Position numbers and translations under genes: made by a program | Notes under the pieces: generated by a model | The model's input: the letters and a program-made list of their open reading frames with translations, nothing else | Databases searched by the model: none | What the model was told of the DNA's origin: nothing | DNA from: an uncultured Gammaproteobacteria bacterium | GTDB taxonomy: Bacteria > Patescibacteriota > Patescibacteriia > UBA2591 > UBA6264 | DNA: 34,250 bases | Assembly: GCA_964642485.1 (NCBI GenBank) | Contig: CAZXPA010000002.1 | Span: forward strand, 1 to 34,250 | Direction of reading: 5' to 3' | Shown: one piece after another, positions 1 to 8,656 of the stretch | Position numbering within the stretch: the first letter of the stretch is position 1 | How the letters are laid out: every line of letters starts with the position of its first letter

Positions 1-1
1 T

Positions 2-331
2 TTGCCTGAAATTCTGCCTAAAACCAATGACCTAGACCAATTAATAAGCTGGCGGAGAAGATTCACTCCTAATTCAGAACCAGCAAAACTGATTGAGGCT
101 AGAATGGCCAAGGTTTTGCCAGAAACCAATGACCTGGACCAATTAATAAGCTGGTGGGGAGAAGTCCCTTCTAATTCAGAACCAGCAAAACTGATTGAGG
201 CTAGAATGGCCGAGGTTTTGCCTGAAATTCTGCCTAAAACCAATGACCTGGACCAATTAATAAGCTGGCGGAGAGAAGTCTCTTCTAATTCAGAGCCGGA
301 AAAACTGATTGAGGCTAGAATGGCCAAGGTT
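2..331 (+). repeat. Tandem repeat, 3 units (2-115, 116-217, 218-331; 114/102/114 bp)
   Basis: Each unit starts ttgcc(t/a)ga and ends gctagaatggcc(a/g)aggt. The units are about 90% identical by eye and are in frame. Confidence 0.85.
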
Positions 332-457
332 TTGAAATTAATTTCATCAGAATCAGTTCCTCAGTGGTTTGTCAGAAGAATAGAGCAAGGCAAAATTCCA
401 GGCTTTCTGCTTGAAGAATTTAAAAACAAAGCTGCAGATATCTATCAGTCTTTATAG
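2..457 (+). CDS. 5'-truncated repeat-containing hypothetical protein
   Basis: ORF is open to the window edge. It has three 34-38 aa repeats (LPKTNDLDQLISW..NSEPAKLIEARMAKV) and a unique C-terminus. No recognisable family. Confidence 0.5.
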   Translation: MPEILPKTNDLDQLISWRRRFTPNSEPAKLIEARMAKVLPETNDLDQLISWWGEVPSNSEPAKLIEARMAEVLPEILPKTNDLDQLISWRREVSSNSEPEKLIEARMAKVLKLISSESVPQWFVRRIEQGKIPGFLLEEFKNKAADIYQSL

Positions 458-472
458 CCTATGTCACGAAGC

Positions 473-512
473 AAGGCCCGGCTTAACAATAGCTGGGCCT
501 TCTTTCATTTTT
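473..512. terminator. Hairpin terminator between convergent genes
   Basis: aaggcccggc (473-482) pairs with gctgggcctt (492-501), one G-U pair, followed by ctttcattttt. Confidence 0.6.
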
Positions 513-594
513 ATCTCTATCTAACCTTTAATTTACAATGACATTGCTGGCTCGAAGTTAGTGAAAAAAATTTGGAGAATAGAATTAAAAGGGG

Positions 595-1812
595 TTAAAA
601 TTTTTCTATCTCAGATTTCCTGACAGCAGCTTTAATAAGCTTTTTTATTCTAATCTTTTTTTCAGCTTTTTCTACATCTTTTAAACGAGCTCTGGTTTCC
701 GGGTGTTTAGGCAAAAATCGGCTGCAGCAATCTTGATCAGGTAAAATAGAGATGTCAAAAGTATTAATTTCTTTAGCTTTTTTTATTATTTCTTCCTTGT
801 CCTGGCCAACTAATGGCCTTAAAATTAATAATTCAACCGCTTGATTAATAACACCAATATTTTCTAGGGTTTGTGAAGCCACCTGACCAAGGCTTTCTCC
901 AGTTACCAGAGCCCGGGCCTTTTCTTTTTTAGCAACCTCTTGAGCGACCTTAAACATTATTCGACGGTATAAAATAATGCGCAACTTAGCCGGAGCATTT
1001 AAAAGAATCTCTTTTTGAATATCAGCAAAAGGCATTAAATAAAGTTTGGATTGAAACTGAAATTTAGTCAAAATTTTAACCAATTTCTTAGCCTTTTTGA
1101 TTGAGTCATCATTAGTATATGGATACGCATGAAAATGGATAAAAACCATTTTCAATCCTCTTTTAATGAGATAAAGGGCCGCAACTGGTGAATCAATCCC
1201 GCCAGAAAGCAACACTAAACCTTTACCGCTCACGCCAACTGGCAAACCACCCAGGCCTTTAATTTTCTCTAAATACAAAAAAGCGAATTTCTCAACAATT
1301 TCAATAAAACAAGTTAAATCTGGATTTTTTAAATCAACTTTTTTATTTAACCTTTCATTCAACCAAGCACCAACTTTTTCATTTATCTTTGGAGAGGTTA
1401 AGTAAAAATCTTTTTTTGATCTTTGAGTTAAAACTCGAAAACTTTTAAATTCTTTATGCTCTAAAAACTCTAATGCTTTTTTTTGAATTGATTCAATGTT
1501 TTGCTCAACACTTTGGGCAAAACAAAAATAAGCTAAACCAAAAACATTCTTCAAACTATCCTGAATCCGTTCTTGTCTTTTTTCCCCCTCAGGGCTTAAC
1601 TCAATAATAATTCGGCCTGAGATCCGCTTTACCCTGTTAAATAATTTCGCCTCTGGCGAAATTGCCGCTTTGCGGCATTTAACAGGGTGAACAAATTCAA
1701 AAAAGCAAGAATCTAAAGACTGTTTTAAATTCTCAACTAGTTTTTCTTCAAAAAACTTTCGATTTTTTCCTTTTAAGCCGATTTCGCTGTAATGACAAAT
1801 AATGTAATTCAT
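595..1812 (-). CDS. thiI: tRNA 4-thiouridine synthase ThiI (THUMP + PP-loop ATPase)
   Basis: PP-loop SGGIDSPVAA. The N-terminus MNYIICHYSEIGLKGKNR is typical of ThiI. The ATG at 1812 is preferred over the ORF-track start at 1848. Carries a 20-aa in-frame repeat insert. Confidence 0.9.
   Translation of the reverse strand: MNYIICHYSEIGLKGKNRKFFEEKLVENLKQSLDSCFFEFVHPVKCRKAAISPEAKLFNRVKRISGRIIIELSPEGEKRQERIQDSLKNVFGLAYFCFAQSVEQNIESIQKKALEFLEHKEFKSFRVLTQRSKKDFYLTSPKINEKVGAWLNERLNKKVDLKNPDLTCFIEIVEKFAFLYLEKIKGLGGLPVGVSGKGLVLLSGGIDSPVAALYLIKRGLKMVFIHFHAYPYTNDDSIKKAKKLVKILTKFQFQSKLYLMPFADIQKEILLNAPAKLRIILYRRIMFKVAQEVAKKEKARALVTGESLGQVASQTLENIGVINQAVELLILRPLVGQDKEEIIKKAKEINTFDISILPDQDCCSRFLPKHPETRARLKDVEKAEKKIRIKKLIKAAVRKSEIEKF
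1630..1692. repeat. 60-bp palindromic element, copy 1 (inside thiI, in frame)
   Basis: Terminal inverted repeats accctgttaaat and atttaacagggt. Inner hairpins aatttcgcc-tctg-ggcgaaatt and gccgc-ttt-gcggc. Related copies at 14779-14854 and 19934-19996. Confidence 0.9.
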
Positions 1813-1899
1813 ATTTAAAATAATACTAAAAAAATAAGATTTTCTCAATAGAAGTTCTTGATTTTTTTAAAAAATCTTATAAGATTAAATAAGAATTTT

Positions 1900-1973
1900 C
1901 GGGGTATAGTGTAATGGTAGCACGAGTCCTTTGGGAGGATTTAGCCCGAGTTCGAATCTCGGTACCCCGACCA
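1900..1973 (+). tRNA. tRNA-Pro(UGG), CCA encoded
   Basis: Manual cloverleaf: acceptor CGGGGTA/TACCCCG, anticodon arm AGTCC-TTTGGGA-GGATT, T-loop TTCGAAT, discriminator A plus CCA. Confidence 0.9.
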
Positions 1974-1977
1974 TTCA

Positions 1978-2007
1978 AGCAGACTAGATGATCTGCTCTT
2001 TTCTTTT
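1978..2007 (+). terminator. Rho-independent terminator after tRNA-Pro
   Basis: agcaga/tctgct stem followed by cttttctttt. Confidence 0.55.
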
Positions 2008-2030
2008 AATTATTTCTACTTTATTAAAAA

Positions 2031-3281
2031 TTATTCATACCTCAAAGCCTCAATCGGATTTTTTTTAGCCGCCTGCCGGGCAGGGTACATTCCAAAGGCA
2101 AGGCCAATAACAACTGATACGCTAACTGCTAGGACTATACCCGGCCAGAAAATTACAAAATTCCAGTTAAGGCCTTGCGCCCTGGCCGCAATTGAGGCCA
2201 ACCAGGAGATTAAAATCCCGAGAATTATCCCAATAACTCCGCCAATTAAAGTTATGATAATCGCTTCAGATAAAAATTGCCATAATATGTCATTATATTT
2301 TGCGCCAATTGATTTACGTAAACCGATTTCAAAAGTACGTTCAGTTATCGACACATACATTATATTCATAATTCCCACACCGCCGACAATTAGAGAAATT
2401 GAGCCCAGCACAATAAGCAGAATTTGAATTCCATAAATTACAATATCCATCATCTCCACCATTTGATCCATGCTGATAACAGCAAAGTCGTCTTTATCGG
2501 GGTCAGAGATTTTGTGCTGCTCACGTAGAATTAAAGTTAAATCTTCAACAGTTTGATCTCCCTCATCTTTATTAATCATTTGCGCAAAAATAAAGCTTAT
2601 ATAATCAATGCCGAGCAATCGTTTTTGCAACGTGCGCACCGGCATGAAAATCATATTATCCATGTCTAGAGAAAAAGTGGCGCCTTTTTCTTTTAATGTA
2701 CCAATAACTCTGAATTTTTCATTACCAACCTGAATTGATTCATTTATAGGATTCTGATCGCCGAATAATTTATTTTTAAGTTTGGCGCCGAGCACAGCAA
2801 CTTTGGCCAGGGATCTATTTTCTTGCTTTGAAAAAAATCTACCAGTTTCAATTTCCGATGAATCAATATCAATAAAATCTGTATTAGTGCCAAAGAGCAT
2901 TGTTTTTTTAATTTCGCTTTGGTAAGAAACCATTTTTTGGCCCATCACTCCCGTATAAAATTTAGAAATATTAGGGTGTCTAATAATAACTTCGGCGTCT
3001 TTTTCTTTAAGTGTTGTAATCACTGATCCGCCAAGCATGCTGAAAGCATTTTCCGTAGAAGCCTGCTTGGTTTGTGGGGTTTTAACTTCTATTTCAATAA
3101 AGTCTGAACCAAAAGACTCTAGCTCACCAATGATTAATCCTTTAATTGCTTGGCCGGCTGAGAGCACGACAATTACAGCCGTAATTCCAATTACAATACC
3201 AAGAATAGTGAGCGCAGTTCGGCCTTTATTTTTGCGAAAGGTGGATAAAGCGATTTTTATGGGCAATAATAATTTATTCAT
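2031..3281 (-). CDS. ABC transporter permease, MacB/FtsX family
   Basis: N-terminal TM helix, large extracytoplasmic MacB-like domain, and C-terminal FtsX 3-TM block ending PIEALRYE. Confidence 0.85.
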   Translation of the reverse strand: MNKLLLPIKIALSTFRKNKGRTALTILGIVIGITAVIVVLSAGQAIKGLIIGELESFGSDFIEIEVKTPQTKQASTENAFSMLGGSVITTLKEKDAEVIIRHPNISKFYTGVMGQKMVSYQSEIKKTMLFGTNTDFIDIDSSEIETGRFFSKQENRSLAKVAVLGAKLKNKLFGDQNPINESIQVGNEKFRVIGTLKEKGATFSLDMDNMIFMPVRTLQKRLLGIDYISFIFAQMINKDEGDQTVEDLTLILREQHKISDPDKDDFAVISMDQMVEMMDIVIYGIQILLIVLGSISLIVGGVGIMNIMYVSITERTFEIGLRKSIGAKYNDILWQFLSEAIIITLIGGVIGIILGILISWLASIAARAQGLNWNFVIFWPGIVLAVSVSVVIGLAFGMYPARQAAKKNPIEALRYE

Positions 3282-4506
3282 ATCTTAAAGCTGTAATTGG
3301 ATCAAATTTAGCAGCCTTTCTGGCCGGATAAAGTCCAAAAATTATTCCTATTAAAAAAGCAAAAATGCAGGATAGTAAGACTGAGAAAAGAGTGATTATA
3401 AAATCCCAGCCATAGCCGAGTTTATTAACAACAATTGATATTAAATAAGAAATTATTATTCCAATAAAAATTCCAATTAATGCGCCCAGGAATGAAATGA
3501 CAATTGTTTCAGCCAAAAACTGAGCAATAATCTGGTTTTTGGTGGCGCCGACTGCCTGGCGCAAACCAATTTCCCTGACGCGTTCAGTTACGGCGGCCAG
3601 CATAATATTCATTATGCCAATTCCGCCAACCACCAAAGCGATTGCCACAATAGCGATTAGAAAAAATTGCAAGGCGCTGGTAACTTTTTCAAGCATTTGC
3701 ATTGCTTCCAGCATGTTTCTGACAGTAAAGTCGTCTTCTTTGGGGTCATTAATATTATGCCTAGCGCGTAGCAACAAAGTAATTTCTTCGCTGACGCTAG
3801 TAAGATTTTTTTCTTTATCAACGCGAACTCGGATAAAACCTAGATAGTTGATTCCTAATACTTTTTTTTGGGCAGTGGTCACTGGCAGAAAAACCATGTT
3901 ATCCACGTTTTGGAAGCCAGCAGATCCGAGCGGCTCCATAACGCCGATAACTGTAAATTTATTCTTTTTAATTTGAATTTTTTGGCCGATTGGATCTGTA
4001 TTTTCAAAAAGATCATCTTTTACCTGTGAACCAATAACAGCTACTCCCGCATTAGTCCTTTTATCTTCTTCTGTAAAAAAACTTCCCGTCTCAACTTTGG
4101 AATTAGCCAACTGTGGGTAGTCGGGGGAAGTGCCATAAATCGAAGCGGTAATTTTTTGATTTCCCCAATTTACAGTTTCAGTAGCGCTGACATAAGAAGA
4201 AGCCGCTACAACGTGGGGAAGTTTTTTAATTGCTTCGGTATCTTCGTCTTTTAAGGTTGTAACAACAATTCCAAACATAGCGACTGGTGGCCCCTCCTCG
4301 TCTGTCCCGCCTGGCAGGATGCCAATTATATTAGAACCAACACTTTTGAATTGGTTGGTAATCAAACTTTGCGCGCCAGCAACGACAGAAGTGATTATGA
4401 TTACTGATGAAATGCCAATGATGATTCCTAGCATTGTCAAAAAAGAACGCATCTTTTGAGTGCGCAGGTTCTTGATGGCCATTTTGATTGTGGTGCGAGT
4501 GAACAT
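3274..4506 (-). CDS. ABC transporter permease, MacB/FtsX family (paralog)
   Basis: Same architecture as the neighbouring permease, ending DPITALRYE. Overlaps the downstream permease by 8 nt. Confidence 0.85.
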   Translation of the reverse strand: MFTRTTIKMAIKNLRTQKMRSFLTMLGIIIGISSVIIITSVVAGAQSLITNQFKSVGSNIIGILPGGTDEEGPPVAMFGIVVTTLKDEDTEAIKKLPHVVAASSYVSATETVNWGNQKITASIYGTSPDYPQLANSKVETGSFFTEEDKRTNAGVAVIGSQVKDDLFENTDPIGQKIQIKKNKFTVIGVMEPLGSAGFQNVDNMVFLPVTTAQKKVLGINYLGFIRVRVDKEKNLTSVSEEITLLLRARHNINDPKEDDFTVRNMLEAMQMLEKVTSALQFFLIAIVAIALVVGGIGIMNIMLAAVTERVREIGLRQAVGATKNQIIAQFLAETIVISFLGALIGIFIGIIISYLISIVVNKLGYGWDFIITLFSVLLSCIFAFLIGIIFGLYPARKAAKFDPITALRYE

Positions 4507-4636
4507 TATAAAGAATGAATAATTTTTAATTGATCTAATTACTAATAAATTTCTAATTTGTAATAACTAACGACCAGCTTCACCATTGGAACCTTGGACA
4601 TTAATTAGTAATTAGAAATTTTTAATTAGAAATTTT

Positions 4637-5371
4637 TTATTTTGCTAAGGATTCGCCATCTTTAAAGAAATGTCGATTCTTAATTTTCGTGTCTTTAAAT
4701 ACGGCCCCGTCCTTGATAAAAATAATTCGTTTGGCCGCTCGGGCCACATCTTGTTCGTGAGTAACAATAATTATTGTTTTGCCTTCACGATTAAGATCTT
4801 GTAAGATTTTCATGATTTGGGCCCCGGATTTTGAGTCAAGATTACCGGTCGGTTCATCTGCCAGAATTAAATCCGGATTATTAACTAGCGCGCGGGCAAT
4901 TGCAACGCGCTGTTTTTCTCCACCAGACAATTGGTTGGACATGTAGGTTTTGCGATATTCCAAATTAACAGCTTCAATGGCTTTGTTAGTTTTCGCTTTA
5001 TGTTGAACATTCGGAAGTTTACTATAAATAAGCGGTAGCCTGACATTATCAAAAACTGTTGTTCGCCGCAACAAATTAAAGGACTGAAAAACAAAGCCAA
5101 TTTCTGTATTGCGCACTTCAGCCATTTGAGTTTCAGTTAATTCATTGGTATTTTTTCCTTTGAAAAAATATTCCCCTTTTGAAGGTCTATCCAGAAAACC
5201 AATAATGTGCAGTAAGGTTGATTTACCAGATCCAGATGGACCTATGATGGACACAAATTCTCCTTGTTTAATCTGAAAACTTGCTTCTCTGAGAGCAACA
5301 GTTTTGATTTCTCCGTTTTCGTAAACTTTTTGTAAATTGTTGGCTTGGATTAAATCCATATGTATCGACAC
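4637..5371 (-). CDS. ABC transporter ATP-binding protein (MacB/LolD-type)
   Basis: Walker [10 protein letters not shown], signature LSGGEKQR, Walker [12 protein letters not shown] start with tgaggg 5 nt upstream; alternative ATG at 5359. Confidence 0.9.
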   Translation of the reverse strand: MSIHMDLIQANNLQKVYENGEIKTVALREASFQIKQGEFVSIIGPSGSGKSTLLHIIGFLDRPSKGEYFFKGKNTNELTETQMAEVRNTEIGFVFQSFNLLRRTTVFDNVRLPLIYSKLPNVQHKAKTNKAIEAVNLEYRKTYMSNQLSGGEKQRVAIARALVNNPDLILADEPTGNLDSKSGAQIMKILQDLNREGKTIIIVTHEQDVARAAKRIIFIKDGAVFKDTKIKNRHFFKDGESLAK

Positions 5372-5503
5372 TAAACCCTCAACAGGCCCAGAATAAATAT
5401 ACTAATCTCTACTAAGGATATTAATCATTGAAGTTAGGCGAGATTAGTATATAATTAGTGTCTTCAAAACACTACCGGGAAATGATTAGTATGGCATTAT
5501 TGA

Positions 5504-7237
5504 TTATTCTCCGCTTCTAATACGAATGACGATTTTATCTCCGTCTTTTATACCTTCAGTTATTTCAATACTACCGTTACTCCCTCGCATTCCAGTTTTA
5601 ACTTCAACTTCGCGATAACTAAGACCATCTTGATTTAAGATCCTAACAATTTTTTTCCCACCCTTTTTTAAAATTGCGCGTTGGGGTATGCTGATGACGT
5701 TTTTCTTTATGTTGGTTAGAATATCAAGATCTGCCGTCATGCCCGATCTTATTAAGTCGCTTTCTTCTGCAAATTCAAAACTAACTTCATAGGTCGGAAT
5801 ATTATCAATTATGGTTTCAGCCGGAGCGATTTCAATTACTTTAGCTTTAAACTCCGTGTCACTGCTGTAAGCATCCAAAGTAACAGTTGCCAGATCGTCA
5901 ATCTTAATATTAGCAATGTCAACTTCAGGAACATTAGATTTTATTTCAAAGTCCATCTCAGAAATAATCGAAAGGACCAGAGCATTAAGTGAAACAATTT
6001 CGCCAATTTTAGCTTTTTGTTCAACAACTACGCCACTGATCGGTGCCCTAAGAACTGTTTTTACTAATTGAGCCCGAACATTTTCAATTTTAGCCTGAGC
6101 TTGTTTAATCTGAGCTCTCTGAGATGTAATGTTTATTTCGGCTTGCTTGACCTGGGCCTCCTGAGCTCTAATTTGTTCGTCTGTAGCCCCGGATTTTTTA
6201 AGAGTAAGTTCGTCTTCAGCTAAAGTCAGGGCATTTTGACCTTCATTAACCCCGGCCTGAGCTGAATTAATATTATTTTGATTAGTTATTTTTTGAGCAG
6301 CAATTGATTGTTTTTGGCTATTAACATTAGAAATAGCTGTATTTATATTAGTCCGAGCCGTATTTATATTGGTTTTGTAAGTATTAAGTGTGGCCTGAGA
6401 TAAACCAGTACTAGCATTAACTGCTTCATTTAACCGACTTAAAAAATTTCTAATTATTACTAAATAACCCTCTCCATTAATCAAAGCTTGATCTAGGCCT
6501 GAAGAAGATAAATTATCAATCTCTGTTTTAAATGTTTCAAGTGTCTGACCAGCTAACACCCTTCCGTTTTCAACGTCTATTTTAGCTTGAGAATTAGAGG
6601 TTGAAAAAGTTATTTGCGGATCTTCAGAAGAATCATTGGAAAATAATTCATCTATTTGTTTGTTCACCGCGTCGTCAGCTTTGGTATAGGCATCTTGGAG
6701 AATATCTCCAACGTCATCATAAAGGTTGTTTAAATCAATCCCTGCTTTATTCTTAACATTTTCTAAATTCACTTCTGCGTCAGCCAATGTCTTTTTTGCG
6801 TTGGCAACCTTTGTCTCCACCACCTGAATCTCTTCTGGTTTAGCTCCTACTTTTAATTCATCTAACTTTGCTCTCTGGGTTTCTAAAGCAGCTTGATATT
6901 GTTTTAACCCAGCTTGAGCGCTTTCTAAAGCAGCTTGGTCCTGAGCTAACTGAGCCATTAAATCAGCGTTGTCTAAAGCAACTAATATTTGGTCTTTTAT
7001 TACTTGGTCACCAACTTTAACATTAACCTCTGAAATTCGGCCACTTTTTTCAAAGGCCAAATCAACACTCTCAACTGGGTCAACCCGACCAGTAACACTT
7101 ACTTCTTGAATAAGGTCGCTTTTTTGAGCAATTATAAAATCATAGATTGGTTTTTTCTCCCGGCTAAAATAAAAATAACCACCAACAAAAACAATAACTA
7201 AAATAATAATAAAATTATATTTTTTCTTTATTTTCAT
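5504..7237 (-). CDS. HlyD/MacA-family periplasmic adaptor with long coiled coil
   Basis: N-terminal TM helix, biotinyl-lipoyl-like hairpin motifs, a roughly 300-aa Q/A/N-rich coiled-coil, and a beta-barrel C-terminus. Lies upstream of the ABC genes. Confidence 0.8.
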   Translation of the reverse strand: MKIKKKYNFIIILVIVFVGGYFYFSREKKPIYDFIIAQKSDLIQEVSVTGRVDPVESVDLAFEKSGRISEVNVKVGDQVIKDQILVALDNADLMAQLAQDQAALESAQAGLKQYQAALETQRAKLDELKVGAKPEEIQVVETKVANAKKTLADAEVNLENVKNKAGIDLNNLYDDVGDILQDAYTKADDAVNKQIDELFSNDSSEDPQITFSTSNSQAKIDVENGRVLAGQTLETFKTEIDNLSSSGLDQALINGEGYLVIIRNFLSRLNEAVNASTGLSQATLNTYKTNINTARTNINTAISNVNSQKQSIAAQKITNQNNINSAQAGVNEGQNALTLAEDELTLKKSGATDEQIRAQEAQVKQAEINITSQRAQIKQAQAKIENVRAQLVKTVLRAPISGVVVEQKAKIGEIVSLNALVLSIISEMDFEIKSNVPEVDIANIKIDDLATVTLDAYSSDTEFKAKVIEIAPAETIIDNIPTYEVSFEFAEESDLIRSGMTADLDILTNIKKNVISIPQRAILKKGGKKIVRILNQDGLSYREVEVKTGMRGSNGSIEITEGIKDGDKIVIRIRSGE

Positions 7238-7282
7238 ACCTTCATATTATGATTTAAAAATAAGCTCATGTCAAGCCATGTC

Positions 7283-7310
7283 TTCACAAAGCTTTAAAAT
7301 TCTGTATAAT
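7283..7310 (+). promoter_or_regulatory. Sigma70-like promoter for tRNA-Gly
   Basis: TTCACA (7283-7288), 16-nt spacer, TATAAT (7305-7310). The tRNA starts 12 nt downstream. Confidence 0.6.
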
Positions 7311-7321
7311 TAAAAAAACAA

Positions 7322-7396
7322 GCGGGTATCGTATAGTGGTTATTATCTCAGGTTTCCAACCTGATGACGGGGGTCCGATTCCCCCTACCCGCTCCA
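7322..7396 (+). tRNA. tRNA-Gly(UCC), CCA encoded
   Basis: Acceptor GCGGGTA/TACCCGC, anticodon arm TCAGG-TTTCCAA-CCTGA, T-arm GGGGG-TCCGATT-CCCCC. Confidence 0.9.
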
Positions 7397-7404
7397 ACAC
7401 AAAA

Positions 7405-7432
7405 ACAGGCTAATCGCCTGTCTTTGTGTTTT
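7405..7432. terminator. Bidirectional hairpin terminator
   Basis: acaggc-taatc-gcctgt, with T-runs on both strands (ctttgtgtttt on plus, ttttgtgttg on minus). Confidence 0.65.
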
Positions 7433-7447
7433 AAAGTAAAGCTTGTC

Positions 7448-8644
7448 TTAGACCCAACCCAAAACCATGGCCAAACCTAAGATAAAAATAATTATTCCGG
7501 CAATTAAATGTAAATACCTGATGTTTTTATTTTTCCAGTCAGAAATATCTTGAACCTTAGCAATGCTTAAATAAACAATCCCAATAATAACCAGCATTGG
7601 TAAAACAAAAACTAAGTTATAAAGCAACAACCAGGGCAAAGACCTTAACAACCCTAAAGGAGATAAAATTCCTCCACAAATCACATAAGGACCAATTGTA
7701 CAGGGTAATAAAAATATTGTCACAAAAGCGCCAACAACAAAAGCTCCAACAGGTGAAGTAATGCTAGAAATTATTTTTTCAACCTTTGGCCTTAAGAACA
7801 TGGGCATTTCTGTACCAAAACTACCGGGTTTGTATCTAAAAAAATCTCTGATATTTAAAATTCCTAAAACAATTGCCAAAACACCTAAAACCTTATACAG
7901 CCATAATCGAATATTGGTTAAAGCTTGGACTAATTGAAAAAACTTAACAATTACTAAACCATAAAAAAGATACATGACAAAAACAGAAAAAACAAAAGCC
8001 AGGCCAGCCAACAAAACCTTCTTCTTGTTTTCTGGATTATAAGTAAGAATAGTAATTAACATTAAAATTAAAACTGCTAAAGCGCAGGGATTTATTGCAT
8101 CTACAGCAGCCAAAGATAAAATCTTGGTTAAAGTAAATTCGAGCTGATCTTGTATTGGCCCTTCATTAATGGAGCCAAGAGACAAAATTTCTCCGCCCTG
8201 CCAAACATTTGGTTTACCCGGTAGAACATTGGCGCCTAGATGTTCAAAATCAATAGAGGTGCCATCAACCAGGGGGCATTCGTTGTTTTTTAAATCCTTA
8301 ATAACTGTCTCCATATCTTGCAAGATCGACCGGGCGCCAATAAGATGTTCTTTCTCGTTAAAAATAATTAAAGGAACGACTAGACCCGAGTTATAATTTG
8401 CATTATATTGAAGAATTAAGGGTGAGTTCTCTTTTTGTTGTTGGACTTCGTATTCAATAATAACTAAATCTGGATACTTTTCTTGTAAATCCCCTAGGAC
8501 GACTGGACTAACCTTGGCACAATGGGGACAATTAATACCAGTAAAATAAACTGCGCAAGTAAAATCTTGTTCAGCCTTAACTAGGTTGGGAAAAAGAAAA
8601 AAACAAACAATAAGAACAAAAATAAAAAAACCTTTTCTATTCAT
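7448..8644 (-). CDS. Thioredoxin-fold (CPHC) domain fused to a CcdA/DsbD-like membrane thiol-disulfide transporter
   Basis: Signal/TM N-terminus, a CxxC motif (INCPHCAKV), then a polytopic domain with membrane-embedded Cys motifs (AINPCALAV, LLPCTIGPY). Confidence 0.75.
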   Translation of the reverse strand: MNRKGFFIFVLIVCFFLFPNLVKAEQDFTCAVYFTGINCPHCAKVSPVVLGDLQEKYPDLVIIEYEVQQQKENSPLILQYNANYNSGLVVPLIIFNEKEHLIGARSILQDMETVIKDLKNNECPLVDGTSIDFEHLGANVLPGKPNVWQGGEILSLGSINEGPIQDQLEFTLTKILSLAAVDAINPCALAVLILMLITILTYNPENKKKVLLAGLAFVFSVFVMYLFYGLVIVKFFQLVQALTNIRLWLYKVLGVLAIVLGILNIRDFFRYKPGSFGTEMPMFLRPKVEKIISSITSPVGAFVVGAFVTIFLLPCTIGPYVICGGILSPLGLLRSLPWLLLYNLVFVLPMLVIIGIVYLSIAKVQDISDWKNKNIRYLHLIAGIIIFILGLAMVLGWV

Positions 8645-8656
8645 AAACTATAATAT

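Noticed and set aside
2-331. CRISPR array interpretation of the 5' tandem repeats
   Set aside because: The units are contiguous with no unique spacers. They are 102-114 bp long and maintain one open reading frame.
1813-1848. Upstream start extensions in the ORF track (thiI 1848, SNase TTG 24527, malic enzyme TTG 9826, SDR 12395, rpmB 27482, antitoxin 11000)
   Set aside because: The extensions add hydrophobic or non-homologous residues ahead of canonical family N-termini. The internal ATGs were chosen instead, but this remains unverified.
3037-3288. Short antisense or overlapping ORFs inside strong CDSs (3037-3288, 3539-3847, 4885-5100, 8169-8396, 8586-8855, 16555-16812, 23773-24027, 24262-24630, 24813-25217, 26342-26533, 26518-26751, 28529-28801, 30509-30784, 32198-32677, 32502-32750)
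   Set aside because: Each overlaps a CDS with clear family motifs on the other strand or frame. The translations are low-complexity or hydrophobic noise.
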